From Klebsormidium nitens (lineage: Eukaryota > Plantae > Klebsormidiophyceae): a stretch of DNA of 64,000 bases. The stretch covers positions 41,873-105,872 of the forward strand of contig DF237259.1 in assembly GCA_000708835.1 (NCBI GenBank), given 5' to 3'. A program made the position numbers and the translations under genes. Every line of letters begins with the position of its first letter. The stretch's first letter is position 1. Positions 11,112-23,020 of this stretch are shown here, piece by piece. The notes below the pieces were generated by a model. That model worked only from the letters and a program-made list of their open reading frames with translations. It was not told where the DNA came from and did no database searches.

Positions 11112-14100
11112 TCAGTGCCACGCCGGAGCAGCCAGCTTCTTCTCGCGAAGGTCTCGGAGGAGCGCGCCCATCTCAACCTGAGTAGGAAGCAGCGAGAAGA
11201 ACATAACGAGACCAGAAAGACTTGCGACTTGCTTTCACCTCAGTTTGTAACGAGAGAACGCGCGGTACCGGATCATTGTGCATGCAAAAGGGTCCGTCCT
11301 CTGCAAGCAGGCGCGTCAACCCACAGCACGTTTGAAGAGCTTATCTGAAATCAGTGTCCTGGTTGTCGGCTTCAGAAGTAATAAACTATAATTGTACGAA
11401 TGCTTCACGAACAGCAAACCGTCTCTCGTCCCTCTCACGAACGCATGTGCCGCTCATGAAAACGTTGGCGAATGCCTTGATTCCGTGCACCGAAACATGG
11501 GACAAAGCATCCCCTCGAAATCCCATCTCACTGAAGAACTCTCTCTAGAAGGTAGAATCTCGACAAGAGGAAACCAGTCAGAAGCGAGGCAGAATTAGGT
11601 GACAGGTGAGAACACAGAAATAATCAACGGAACTGCAAAGCACACTCAGCACGACTAGAGGAGTGCATGGATTTACCGCAGTCGCTGCGCACTCGCCGCC
11701 TTTGTTTCCGGCCTTGCCACCCGCCCTATCGATCGCCTGCAAACCATGTCAAGTCAGTCGTTAGAAGCAGTTGAACAATCCAGGGTGATCTCGTAAACCT
11801 GCTACACCGTGAACACTGCAAGCAGAGAGCCAAGGATCCTTCTGACGCTTTCTGTTAAGTACGTCGGCATCGAAAGCTAACGCTGATTTGCGGGAAACTT
11901 TCACCTCAAAGCTTTCTCATGAGATCTGAGACTCCGAACGTCTGCAAATTGAGTTGCCCTCTTCGTGAGGGCTTGCGCAAAACACGAAAGGCCAGAGCGG
12001 GAGAACCAAAGGAAGGACGGCGAGCTTGAGCGGATTGTAAAGAAGCAAGTACGCTGCCAAAAAGCGTTCGTAAGTTGCTCAAGTATATCCTGCGCAGGCT
12101 CATGCTTGCAGGTCTAGAAGATTGTAGCAAAGGCCCTCGTCATGTTTAATTTGGACCAACGCTGGCTGTAGTTCTGAAAAGCAATGAATGTGCCTCTCTT
12201 GTCTCATCAGTCACTGTGGCTCCTGCGGGTCTCGAAGAAATAATTCAACGAATGAAGGAGTTGGAGGCACGTCACCTGCTCCATGGTGTCACATGTGAGT
12301 ACACCAAAGATGACTGGTACTCCTGCAAAGAAGCATCGAGAAGGAAAGCTGTGAACAGTCTGTGTCCAGAGAATGCTTGCTGGCTCGAAAAGCCTTCATG
12401 TCTTGTTGACAGGTTTCTGGAGAGTAGTGAGCAGTGCTCGTAAAGCAGATCGTTCGCCCCCATTACGTGGGCATCGTAACAAAGAAAGCTTTCGGCCTTC
12501 GTGCACCTGGGCGGCTGACCTGCTCGCTTAAATTCGGCTCCAGACACCAAACAACAGGTAGCAGAATACCCCGTGGTCGTCTGGCGCTCGTAGATAAGGT
12601 GCGCGTGTCTCAGCAGCGTCAACAGAGATCGATCCTAATCGCGTCTTTCTCACGTGCCCATTTTTATCAGGTCACGAACGGCCGTTCTCTGACATGCTTC
12701 CCTCTCTTGCTAACCCCCTCTGCACGACGCTCACCATAAAAGACAATTGGCTGCGGTCGTGACCCACTTGACGGACTGGTGAGTAGTCTAACCTGTGGCT
12801 GCAGACGCCCCTAGGATTCCGCTCGTCGCTCCGTTGACCACCGCTTCGTAGTGTGTCGTCGCCCCACGGATCTGCACGACAGTCCCAAATCGGTAAAAGA
12901 GGGCGTACTCATACGCATCTGAATGACGGCACAGAGCGACTGCCAGACGGTCGCTCTGCTCTCACGTTGCCGAAAGTCAAGTGTCTCGGTTTATGTCTCC
13001 AGGCGACACTGCTGAAATGGTCACCGGTGCTGACGTTGACGTCCGCCCCAGTGAACCGCCCTCTTTAAAAGGCGTCGACAAAGAACCACATCACTAGTCA
13101 GACCATTCTGAGCCTTGCTCATAAACTAGAACAAGATCTTCGGACCAATTTTAGCAAGGAAGAGCTTCAGAACGGAAGGTTGGGGTAATCATCAAGGTTC
13201 CAAGGTGATTGGTCCCCCCATAAGGTCCTCGCTTGGTGGAAATGCTCTCAGATTCTCTGGAACGGGCCCAAACAGAATCTCTCAAAATCATTATGTAATC
13301 TCTAGAAATCAGAATAAACTTCTCAAAAATCAGAACATAATCTCTAATAATCAGGACATCAGCGGCGACACTTACCACGGCTCCTATGCACAAAACCGCG
13401 TCAAACTTGCCGCTCTTGGCCATCGCCGTCGCGACCACCGGTAGCTCGAAACTGCCGGGGACCCACACGATCTAGAAAACGAACAAAGGAAAAGTGTCAG
13501 AGACTGAAGGAGCATTCATAGGCCGCAGAGAGTTCTGTGCCCTGGCTGAGCACTCTCCTTCGACACAAACGGTGAGAAATGGGGGTGAGATCAGAATCGT
13601 AAGTGAAGCTCACCCGTCGGAGAGCTCGAGACACATGCATAATACTAGTCTGGGCTATGGCTCACTTTGCGACTGGGACAGCAATGCAGAGTTACAGGAC
13701 AATGCAAACCTCGCATCAGAGAGGCGGAGCGTTTTTGTGCGCATTTGCGGTCAGCTGCACACGATTCGAAAGATTTCAGGTGTCCCTACAACTTTCTCCC
13801 TATCCGTACATAGTCAAGTGAAAAGACGTTCTGCTTAGCTGACCTGTAACCTGACTTCAGGTCAAGAAGACCACCATCAGTCTGCAAATTGTCTTTTGAG
13901 TCTGCTAGGCAAGTTCTTTTTTCGCATGGGCGTTTTAGCTTCTGTTCAAAGCTTTGCAAGTGATTCATGCCCAGCTGCATTCTCTTTTACCGTTTCAACT
14001 GGGTTTGTGACCCTTTGTACTCTCGGTTTGCACCAGGTTTGCTCTTATTCCAAGAGGTTTCTAGAGATAAGGTAAGGAAAAAATGGCCCATGCGACAACA

Positions 14101-15487
14101 AAGCAGTAACGAGAACCACCGGTTCTCTGATAAGCACACCCCCCTATTTGTTGACCACAACAAGGCTCCTGAAAGGGCTGGCCTTGCCAACAGATTCAAT
14201 CGTACCACTCTCTCATCAAAAACCAGCCTGAAAGTTGACCCTCAAAGGACCATGAGAGGTTACTTCAGGGGCACCCATTTCCTCCATGCCAAGACCTAGG
14301 AACATCTGGTGCCTAAATCTGCACAAATGTGATGAAGTCATCCTCCTTCGCAAGGTGACGGTTGGAGGACGCCCAAGATAACGTTCTCCAAATCTTGGCC
14401 CCAAGGATCAAGGGCTCTCACCTCGATGTCTTCATCTGCTGCGCCGTGCCTCCGGAACGTTTCCTTGGCGCCCTCTAGCAACAGCTTTGTGATAAAGTCA
14501 TTGAATCGAGCCACCACCTGCAACCAACGGACTTTTCTTTTTCTGTTCCATATTGACGCGTCCATTGCTGATGGTTTTTCCTTCTTCTCCGTTTGTCAAT
14601 TCCGGCGAAACATCTGAGAATCATCTGGACATCCCCCAAGCATGCAGTGATCAACACCACTCATTTCATCGGTGCCAGCAACGAGGCCTCGAGCCCCCAA
14701 GCCAAAGCAGGTCTGGGTCATTGAAGCAGGAAGTCGTCACCACTCTACCTGTGTTGCGGTCAACAACTGAGAGGAAAAGCGCCGAAATGATTTGCAAAAG
14801 CTACCACCGCCATCGAATCCTGTTGCAAGCTTACCACCGCAAATTTCAGGCCATCTGCAGACGCCTTGCCCGATGTTTCCCGAATGGCTTGACAAACTAC
14901 GCTTGATTGCTGCCCGCCCCTTCGATTGGCCGGTACTTCTAGAGCTTGCCGGCGCAGGTGACATTGACCTGTGTGGTGTGAAATCTTTTACTGAGGAAGG
15001 GTTTTGGTATGAAAGAGAAGCTAGCTTTTGGTGCACTTCAAAAGTGCCAATCTGGAGGAAAGTCTGCAATGTCTTAAAACCAATGGGATGATGATGGTCG
15101 AACATTGTTGACGCAAACACTCTTGGGTTCATTCAACATTCGACCAGAAGAAGGAGATGCCGGCAAAATGCGGTGGCAATGCGCATGATTTACCACCACC
15201 TTACAACTGTGAACACAAATGCAATTGAAGCAGACTCAAGTCTCCCTGCACTTATTCTGATACTCTTGGTGGTTTTGCACTCAATGATCATCACCTGCAG
15301 GCCCCGTCTGTGCTGCATTCTGACCCCTCAAAGCTCCAGAAAGCGCCTGCGTGTGGTGGTGTTTCCTGTTGCCAGCCAATGCAGGCGCGCTTTGTGATAG
15401 ACCCTGTTCTGCATTGCCACAGCGCTGCTTCAGGCGACCTAGAAAGACGGTGTGTAACGACTTCTGCGTGCAAGCAATGGCCTCCAT
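11112..15487 (-). CDS. ribH: 6,7-dimethyl-8-ribityllumazine synthase, probably plastid-targeted (256 aa)
   Basis: Exons 15295-15487, 14835-14968, 14422-14517, 13376-13471, 12793-12871, 12276-12322, 11677-11736, 11112-11177 splice in frame (771 nt). Motifs [70 protein letters not shown]-terminal extension looks like a transit peptide. Confidence 0.96.
13275..13358. repeat. ~21-bp degenerate AT-rich minisatellite (x4) in lumazine synthase intron
   Basis: aatctctcaaaatcattatgt / aatctctagaaatcagaata / aacttctcaaaaatcagaacat / aatctctaataatcaggacat. Confidence 0.75.
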
Positions 15488-15804
15488 GATCCAATTTGGA
15501 AAGCGCCCACACGTTGCAATTCCGCTTTGCTTTGAATTTATGTTCACCTTCCTTCAGACTGGTGCTCAAGTATTGGTGCTTTTGAGGTTTAGGAATTTGA
15601 GGTTTGAACAAACTTGTCCTCGCTCCGACTGTAAGTAGGGTAGCGCTGAAATGGGTTTGAACGGGGTTGAAGGGGAAACCCCAAAAGCCTTGAATCTCTC
15701 ATGGACAGCATGGGAACTTGTGCTGAGCAGCTTGCTGGCCTGCTGGAACAATTTCACTTTAATACTTAGTAGTAGTAATAGTAATAGGCGGAAAGACCAA
15801 CAAC
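15488..15804. promoter_or_regulatory. Short divergent intergenic region (candidate bidirectional promoter) between lumazine synthase and M23 peptidase
   Basis: Only 317 bp between opposing ATGs (15487 -, 15805 +). Contains an agtagtagtaatagtaatag microsatellite near 15768-15787. Confidence 0.5.
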
Positions 15805-18800
15805 ATGGCGCCCTGGGATGTAATGCACCAGGCAGAACGCAACGCCAGTTCTAACCCTCTGCACGCTCTGGTCACTTGCTGCGAGATCCAGCTCCACAAC
15901 CTTCACAACAGCATGCGCACCTGGCAAAAGAGCTGGCAAGCGGGGCAGCATCCATTTGCAAATTTAGAGTACAGCGATGATGCTCCAGGGGCCTCATGGA
16001 ACGCCACTGATCGATCTGTCTCTGGACGTTCAGCGGAGCCAGGAAGCCGTGTCAAGGAGGGGAAAAGCTCGGACGAGATCTCGCCTTGTTGCATGACGAG
16101 AGGGGGCGGAAGTAGCGGCCGATCAGATCATTCACTTCGGTGGCGAAGAGAAGAACGATCCGCTTCTTTGGGAGCAGTAGAAGAAAAAGGTCGAAAAGGT
16201 CAGGCAAGGGGCGTTTTGAAAGGCATTCGTGGTCACAATGGAGGGGATCAAAGAAAGGGCAATCTTGACAATCAGGATGGGCAGCAACTGCAACTTGGGG
16301 CCGCCCGCCTCTCGTTACTTCCCTTTGCTAGCATCAATGTCCCCAAGATCCTAAACCCGCACCTCCTTGGGGATCCCCTCGCCAGCTGTCGCCACGCGGC
16401 GCCGCCAGCAGCGCAGCTCATCGACAGAGTCAAACAAGTGGCCAGTTCCGCCCTGCTCAAGAGATCTGCGGTCTTACCCGAACCTGATGTGAAGCTGTCA
16501 CATTGGGAGCCTTTTCAGGGGGACACCGTGGCGGTTTTAGTCACAGTGCCCCGACCCCGGGGGCTGATCGACCACTTTCATCTAGCCATGAGAAGACAAT
16601 TCCCCGCCCTTGGGCCGTTAGTTTCGGTGGCAGTTGAGAAGGAGGATGTTCCGGCGTTTCCCAGGGGGGATGACGGCAGCTGGCGGGCGTTGATACCGAC
16701 CACCCCCCTGGACAAGTCGGGAACGAGGGAATTGCAGGTAGTGCACTTTTGCCAGGAAGGACCAGGGACATGGTTGGTGCTGTGTATATCTGCTTTGCAC
16801 ACCTGCAAGCTTGATGTCACAGTATTTTCATTGCTTGCTTTGATGCAGGAGAGGGCTTGGGAGGATCTTAAGAGGGGGAATGCAATTGGTTGTCATACAG
16901 CACCTCTATGCTCAACCTTATCTTCTTTGTCCAGCAACTGTAGCTCTCCTCCATGATTCCAAACACCAAGTGTGCGGCGGGACAAGCGGTTCGCAGCCTT
17001 CTTTCTCTCCTCAGGGAATAACACTGTGCTTTCAGAAGCTGGCATTAAAGCAGCAAAGCGCGTTCAGGTGCGCTTTGTTTGGCTTGTGTTCTATTCTTGA
17101 AAGAGAAACTTGTTGGAAGAACCTGTTGGCAGCATTACTTTCAGATCGTAAGAATGCATGGAAGATTGGAATCTCTTGTCCTGACAGGTGCTTGTGCGGG
17201 ATGGCCGCCACTCTTTGTACGACCGGGTGATCTACCTGAAGAACAGGGACTACATCATTGAGAAAATTCGGTTGCCGGAGCGCAAGTCTGGGCTGATAGG
17301 TGAGTGAATTGTCCCTCAAGCTCAGATCTAACGTAGTTGTTGCTTGCACATGGCAAGATAGGATGGGGAGTCTTGAACATGGAGAACTTGGAGCATTGTG
17401 GCAGCTTCAGTGGCGGATGGTTCCGGGCCCTTGTCCCGTTCCTACTTTTTCTCCGAAATATGCTGAGAACCAAAGAATCTGTCTAGAGCAACACCTATGT
17501 TGGTGCGCCCTTACGATTACGATTAGGATAGGGATTACTAGAGGACTTCATATAAGAATGACATCAAAGTTTTTACGAACCGGAACTTCCGGATATGAAA
17601 ACCTGGCTCGTTTCAAGACCAGCGTGCTTCACCAACCATATGCGTCTGAACGAGCAGCCAAGTCGGAAGCCAAGCGATTGCTGTTTGCTCGCTTCAGCAG
17701 TGGCATCCGTTGTGCTTACGACCCTGCTACCGGATTCGTCTACGCAACTCCTTCTCTATCTACGTAAGCCACGAATGGATGCAGCGAACCTTCCAGATCA
17801 TCAGGTTGGTGACTGCAAAACGCCCGCTACTCGGCTTGTTGCTTTGGCAGTGAAGGTCGAATTGACAAAAAGACGAAGCTTGCGAAAGTGAATAGTTCAG
17901 CTTCGTCTTCCCTCCAGGTGGCGCAACCTCAAAGGAGCTAGCTGCGATGGGCGCCCTCCGGACGGTTCGGACGCCACGTCAGCTGTGGAGCGGTCCGTTC
18001 CTGCGGCCGTCCGTTGGCCACGTGACCACGGACTACGGCGTGCAGCGGTACTTCAACGGCCAGTTCGCGGAGGGGTGAGCCGGCTGAACGTCAAAGCTTT
18101 CCTGGCCTTCTCGAACCCGTTGTCTGTCTCATTTTCAGATATCGAAAACCAGCCCTATTTTGAAGGAAATATCTCCAAGCCTTCGTTTCCAAACTAAGGT
18201 CCATGTTGCCTTGTAGCACGTTGCGTTTTAGCTTCCTTCTTCCGCTTGGATTGCAATGATGGTTGAGAGCTCGCTTGCATACATAAAAAGCGGTTGGATT
18301 GGGGTGAAAGAGGTCCGAAGGCAGCATTCGCTGTTATTGGGCTTCTGCAATAGCCTGCTCGATCTGCACACGTTACCCGCTTGATCCTCAGGCCTTAGAC
18401 CCCTAGGTCTTCGAAGACACGATCTACCCATTCGTTTATTTGACTTGGCCATCAATGGCTTGAAACAACTCGCATGAGGTCAAAAATCTGCTTCTCAGCT
18501 TTCGGGAAGAAACTGCTTCTTTGAGCTTCCACCCATCGTCTTTAGAGCAGGACGAGGTCTCAAAAGATGATCAGTTTCTTGCAAGCAAAAGGGGCCCAGT
18601 CTAGTTGCTGTCGAAGTTTCAGGCAGATCCCACAGCCCCCGCAAGCCATTCGCCAAATCCTTAAGAATCGATTCGACAGAGACGTTTTCGGAGAAAAAGC
18701 CGCCGAACGAGTTTCTCTGCCTATCCTGACAAATCCTTCCACTGATTCGTCTCGGCGCCATTGACTACGGCGCCAAGATGAGCCGTCTAATACGAACATC

Positions 18801-20026
18801 CAAGGAAGCCCCAATCTCTTTCTTGCTGTCCTGCAGATGTTGATTTGGGCCGCTTGTCTCGACTTCAGAAGGTGCAAAGTACACGAAAAGCCTCCCAACC
18901 TAGTTCTTCATCTTTCCCCAGGTACTACCACCGGGGCGTCGACTACGGCGCCGCGACGGGCTCCCCAGTTGTGTCTCCGGCCGGTGCGCGTGTGGCTCTC
19001 GTCGGTCGGGAGGAGGACGGGTTTCGGTTACACGGTAACTGCCTCGGGTTAGACCACGGTCAAGGGGTGGTTAGCACGATGCTTCACTTGGACAGAGTTC
19101 ACGTGAAAGAAGGGGACGTCGTGAAAGCGGGACAAGTCCTCGGGACGGTTGGGGAGACGGGGATCGCAACGGGGCCGCATCTGCACTGGTAAGAAGCACT
19201 GGGCTGGTTAGACACTGTTATCAGCATCCTGCTTGATGATGGTTTGCGAACCATGCGGGATACTGATTGGGAGCGATTCTCCTACTGACAGGCCGAAGCC
19301 ATTCAGAAAAGTACTCCTTGGAATCCTACTTGAAGTAGAAGGTGTTGTGGAAGGAAACGTATTCTCTGTTTTAGTTGTTAAGCTCTTCCAAAACGCTGCG
19401 AGGGGCTGTTCCGAAGGTAAGCGTTCGTCGGTTTTCTTTCTCCATCGTCCTGCCCCTTTTTCGCCCTCTCTGGCTTCCCCTTTCTGCTGTTTCGTCCCTC
19501 CGAACACCGGACCCTGATCCTTCCCTCCGTCGCTACTATCGTGTTTTCATATCCTTTTTCCCTCGTGCTTTTGAGTCCTCCTAGGGAGGTTCTTTACCCA
19601 ATCTGTGAATCCTAATGCGGGTCGCCACAAGGTTTGTTTTCTGCTGAGCTCTCATAACGAAAAGTAATCCGTTTCCGATTTCGACTTTTTGAAGACGACA
19701 GTTTTTGCAGATTAAGAAGACCCTCAATATGGAGAAAGGGAGAATCTTTTGAGACAGATTTCAGATTGGAAAAAGGGCACAACCAAGAGATAGACCTTTG
19801 TTTGCGGCGCCAACCCTGTCGTCTCGGTGAGAATTGGACGCGTAGTGCGACGAAGAGGAGACGAAGTTTCTCATCTGGTGCACGCTGCGGCAAACTTCGT
19901 AAAGCTTGGAACTAAAAAGTGTTGCTGGTTTTGCCAAGAAACGGCATCTGTTGCTACAGGGGTTTGTACGTGAACGGAGAGTGTATCGACCCAGAGCAGT
20001 GGATGCAACCTCAATCCTGGTTGTAG
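15805..20026 (+). CDS. Peptidase M23 (LytM) family zinc metallopeptidase, cyanobacterial-type peptidoglycan endopeptidase-like
   Basis: Exons 15805-16737, 17188-17299, 17918-18074, 18922-19188, 19960-20026 splice in frame. Catalytic motifs YYHRGVDY (HxxxD) and TGPHLHWGLYVNGECIDP (HxH), plus DHGQGVVSTMLHL and QLWSGPFLRP. Start codon uncertain. Confidence 0.9.
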
Positions 20027-20897
20027 GGGGAAAACGCGCTCGTTATGTGGATTCTTCATCGTTAAATGTAGAACGAAACGCATGCAGAGCAGATTGTGCG
20101 GCTCACAAAATAGTAAGATCTGTAATAAGGTTTCCAAAGTCTCAGATCCTAATAGGTGCCCGACTTTGTCGTAAAAGCAGCACGCGCTTGGGGCTCTGCA
20201 GAGGTGATTACTAAGGCGGCTACAGCACACAGCGCGTGCTGCGTGAATTACGCAATGTGCACCGCACAATTGATCTTGACTCCCATCAGCTGGCATGAAC
20301 TGGGGCATCCAACAGAAAAATGAATCGCGGTTTGGCCGCGATGGCTGACCCGCCTACTTTTCCTATAAACATTTCCAGGTGTACTCTTGCTGTATAAATA
20401 TGCAAATCAGTCCATAGCTGTATACGCAAGTATGCTCCCGATTCGTGGCTGCGCATTTCCGCACACGCACGCTAGCTGCAACTTAAGCAGAAGCTTCGAA
20501 ATCTGGCATGTACGATCGCCAGAGAGGTGTTGTATTTGAAAGGTCGGACGCAGCCGGGCCCTTTCTGCGTTATGAGGCCGGCGCAGCACTCCGAGGTTCA
20601 GCTTGTGAATATCACCTACCCATGATCGTGTTTGTTACGTACTCTTTCTTGCACACCATGAGGATATGGCCGGCCCCGCATGTAGCCCTCCATCAGTGCG
20701 ACATGGCGCAGCACAATTGTGGGTCCACCGTCATGTTGCATCACTTTTGGAAGTATATACCGCGTCAGGTGGTAATTGTGAATTATATACACTTCGGGCC
20801 GACCTGGACAATTGGGTATGCGTCTTATAGGCCATTTAATCTCTCTACAGCGTGCTTAATCTGCTGCAACCGATAGAATAAGTTAAGTTAAACCGTA

Positions 20898-22708
20898 CTA
20901 GGCCGCATGCCCTGCCTCAAGAGTCCCCTTGAGAAACTGTTGGGAAAGCGTTTGTTGAGACGCAAACAACTCCTCAGGCGTGCCCCTTTCCACGATCCGC
21001 CCCTTCACCAGCAGACACACCTCGTCCGCAACCCGACGTATCTGCTCCACGTCATGTGACACCATTACCACCGTCATCCCGGTCTCGTCTCGTAACCGCA
21101 AAATCGTTTCCTCCACCAGTCTAGTTGCCCCGGGGTCTAAAGCTGACGTCGGCTCATCCAACAACAAGCACTCTGGTTGGTTGGCTAACGTCCTGGCCAA
21201 AGAAACGCGTTGCGCCTGGCCCCCCGAGAGCTGGGAAGCGGGAACGGAAGCCATACCGGGCTCTAAACCCGCTTTCTGAAGCAGGTCTTCGACCTGGTTA
21301 TCTGTTGATCGTTCGCCCCGTAACCGGGGGCCGTATCGCACGTTATCGGCGACCGTACCTGCAAACGAGGAACGACTGACGCGTCATCTCGAAAGTTGCT
21401 AAGGGGACTACAGAAGGCGATGGGCAGTTCTGTTGACATCAGGGGAAGAAACGCATACCACTTTTCAAGTCCCGTACGGAAGACGTGCACTCCACAAATG
21501 AGGTTTGAGAAGTTGACCTCAATCTTTGTCAGAGCCAGAACAACACTTGTGCGAGTCGCCAAGACCAACCGAACGGATCCGAGCAAGGTTGTTTCAAAGA
21601 CGGCTGGGTAATGAGCAGGATGGCGTCGATGAAGACTCCCCGACAATCTTCGAGGTTTGAACCTCACTTCGGAGACTCTTGGTACGCGCCTCGTTTTTTA
21701 TTATGTTCAGCAGAATCGCGCAAAGCCGTCCTTCTTGTCAGACTGCACAAATCCGGTAGGGGGTCCCGCAGTCTTCTCTCCACTCATATCCGTTTCATCG
21801 TGAGAGCATGCATAAATTGATAGCTGATAGCTTTTCCGAAAAACAAACAGCCAGGTTAACCTTTATCTTTAAGCGAAACAGACTTCATACTTATTCCGAA
21901 ACGGTTTGAGGACCGGCCACGCCGAGCTTACCGTCAAACAGCGCCGCAGTTTGGAACGGCACCCCAACGCGGCGCCGTAGCTTGACCACGTCTAGCGTGG
22001 TGACATCAACCAAATCAACCCCTCGTTAATTCTTAGAGGAAAGTCCAAAGAAGCGGCCCGGCCGAGCTTACCGTCAAAGAGCGCCGCGGTTTGAAACAGC
22101 GCCCCTACGTGGCGCCGTGACTTGACCACGTCCAGCATCATGACATCACATCTAACCCCCCCCTCGCTAGTAAACTCTTAGCGCAAAGTCCAATGAAGCG
22201 GCCAGGCCGAGCTTACCGTCAAAGAGCGCCGCGGTTTGGAACAGCGCCCCTACGCGGCGCCAGGTTTGGCCACGTCTCGGGTGACATCAACCACATTCAA
22301 CCCCTCCCGGTAGTTACTTCTCAGCGGCAAGTCTAAAGCTTACCGTCAAAAAGCGCCGCCGTTTGGAACAGCGCCCCAACGCGGCGCCGCAGCTTGACCA
22401 CGTCTAGCGCAGTAATATCATTCCCGTCCAGCAGCACCGTCCCTTTCCCAGGCTCCCACAACCGATTCATCGCCCTAAGAAGAGTGGACTTTCCGCTTCC
22501 GCTCGGCCCGATGAGCCCGACGATCCGCCCGCGGGGCACCTCGAGGCTGACGTCATCGAGGATGCGCTCCTGGCTTGATGACGTCAGCGAGAGGTTGCGT
22601 AACTGCAGCCGAGGCGTTTCCGTTTGTGCTGTTGGGCTGGTGCTGTGGCGGTTGGCTTGAGTGGCTTCGCGCTTGAGAACGTTGGGCGTCTTCGGGGTGT
22701 CTTCGGGG
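20898..22708 (-). CDS. STAR1: ABC ATPase domain, STAR1/NAP3 (ABCI17)/FetA-like; C-terminal part of a fused gene
   Basis: Exons 22344-22708 and 20898-21358. Walker A GPSGSGKS, signature LSGGQAQRV, Walker B LLLDEPTSALD, H-loop VSHD. No ATG between the exon acceptor and Walker A. Confidence 0.9.
21900..22420 (-). repeat. Four tandem ~127-145 bp copies of exon 3' end plus donor (…FQTAALFD G|gtaagct)
   Basis: gcttaccgtcaaa…gcgccgc…tttggaacagcgcc… recurs with donor positions at 22344 (functional), 22217, 22072 and 21932. Confidence 0.92.
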
Positions 22709-23020
22709 CTGGCAAAAGCAGAAAGAGAAATGACTTCGTCAATGAGAAGCTTATTAATCTCTTCGTTGAGCCCTTCAAACGCTGCAGGGAATGTACGTTG
22801 GCACTTAGGTGAAAGTGCCTGCCTTTCAATCCCTCGATTTAGTAGTTCACGGGATCATGCATTACAGACTTTGTTTGATCAAGCCGACGCCCATGTTACA
22901 ACAGGTTTTCGTCAGAAAGCATTGCAGTTGACGCACCCAGTCTGGCGTTACAACGAACTGAAAACGGGCCTGCAAAAGAACAAAAGTAAAAACAGATTCT
23001 CCTCAGTTCATTCATCCCAC

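Noticed and set aside
9860-20200. TGTAA as a general poly(A) signal (e.g. ~10034, ~20122)
   Set aside because: Present after some stops but not consistently after others, so it cannot be supported from this window.
21900-22420. Regularly spaced repeats resembling a CRISPR array
   Set aside because: Units are 127-145 bp copies of ABC ATPase coding sequence plus a splice donor. Spacers are homologous to each other, there are no cas genes, and the context is eukaryotic.
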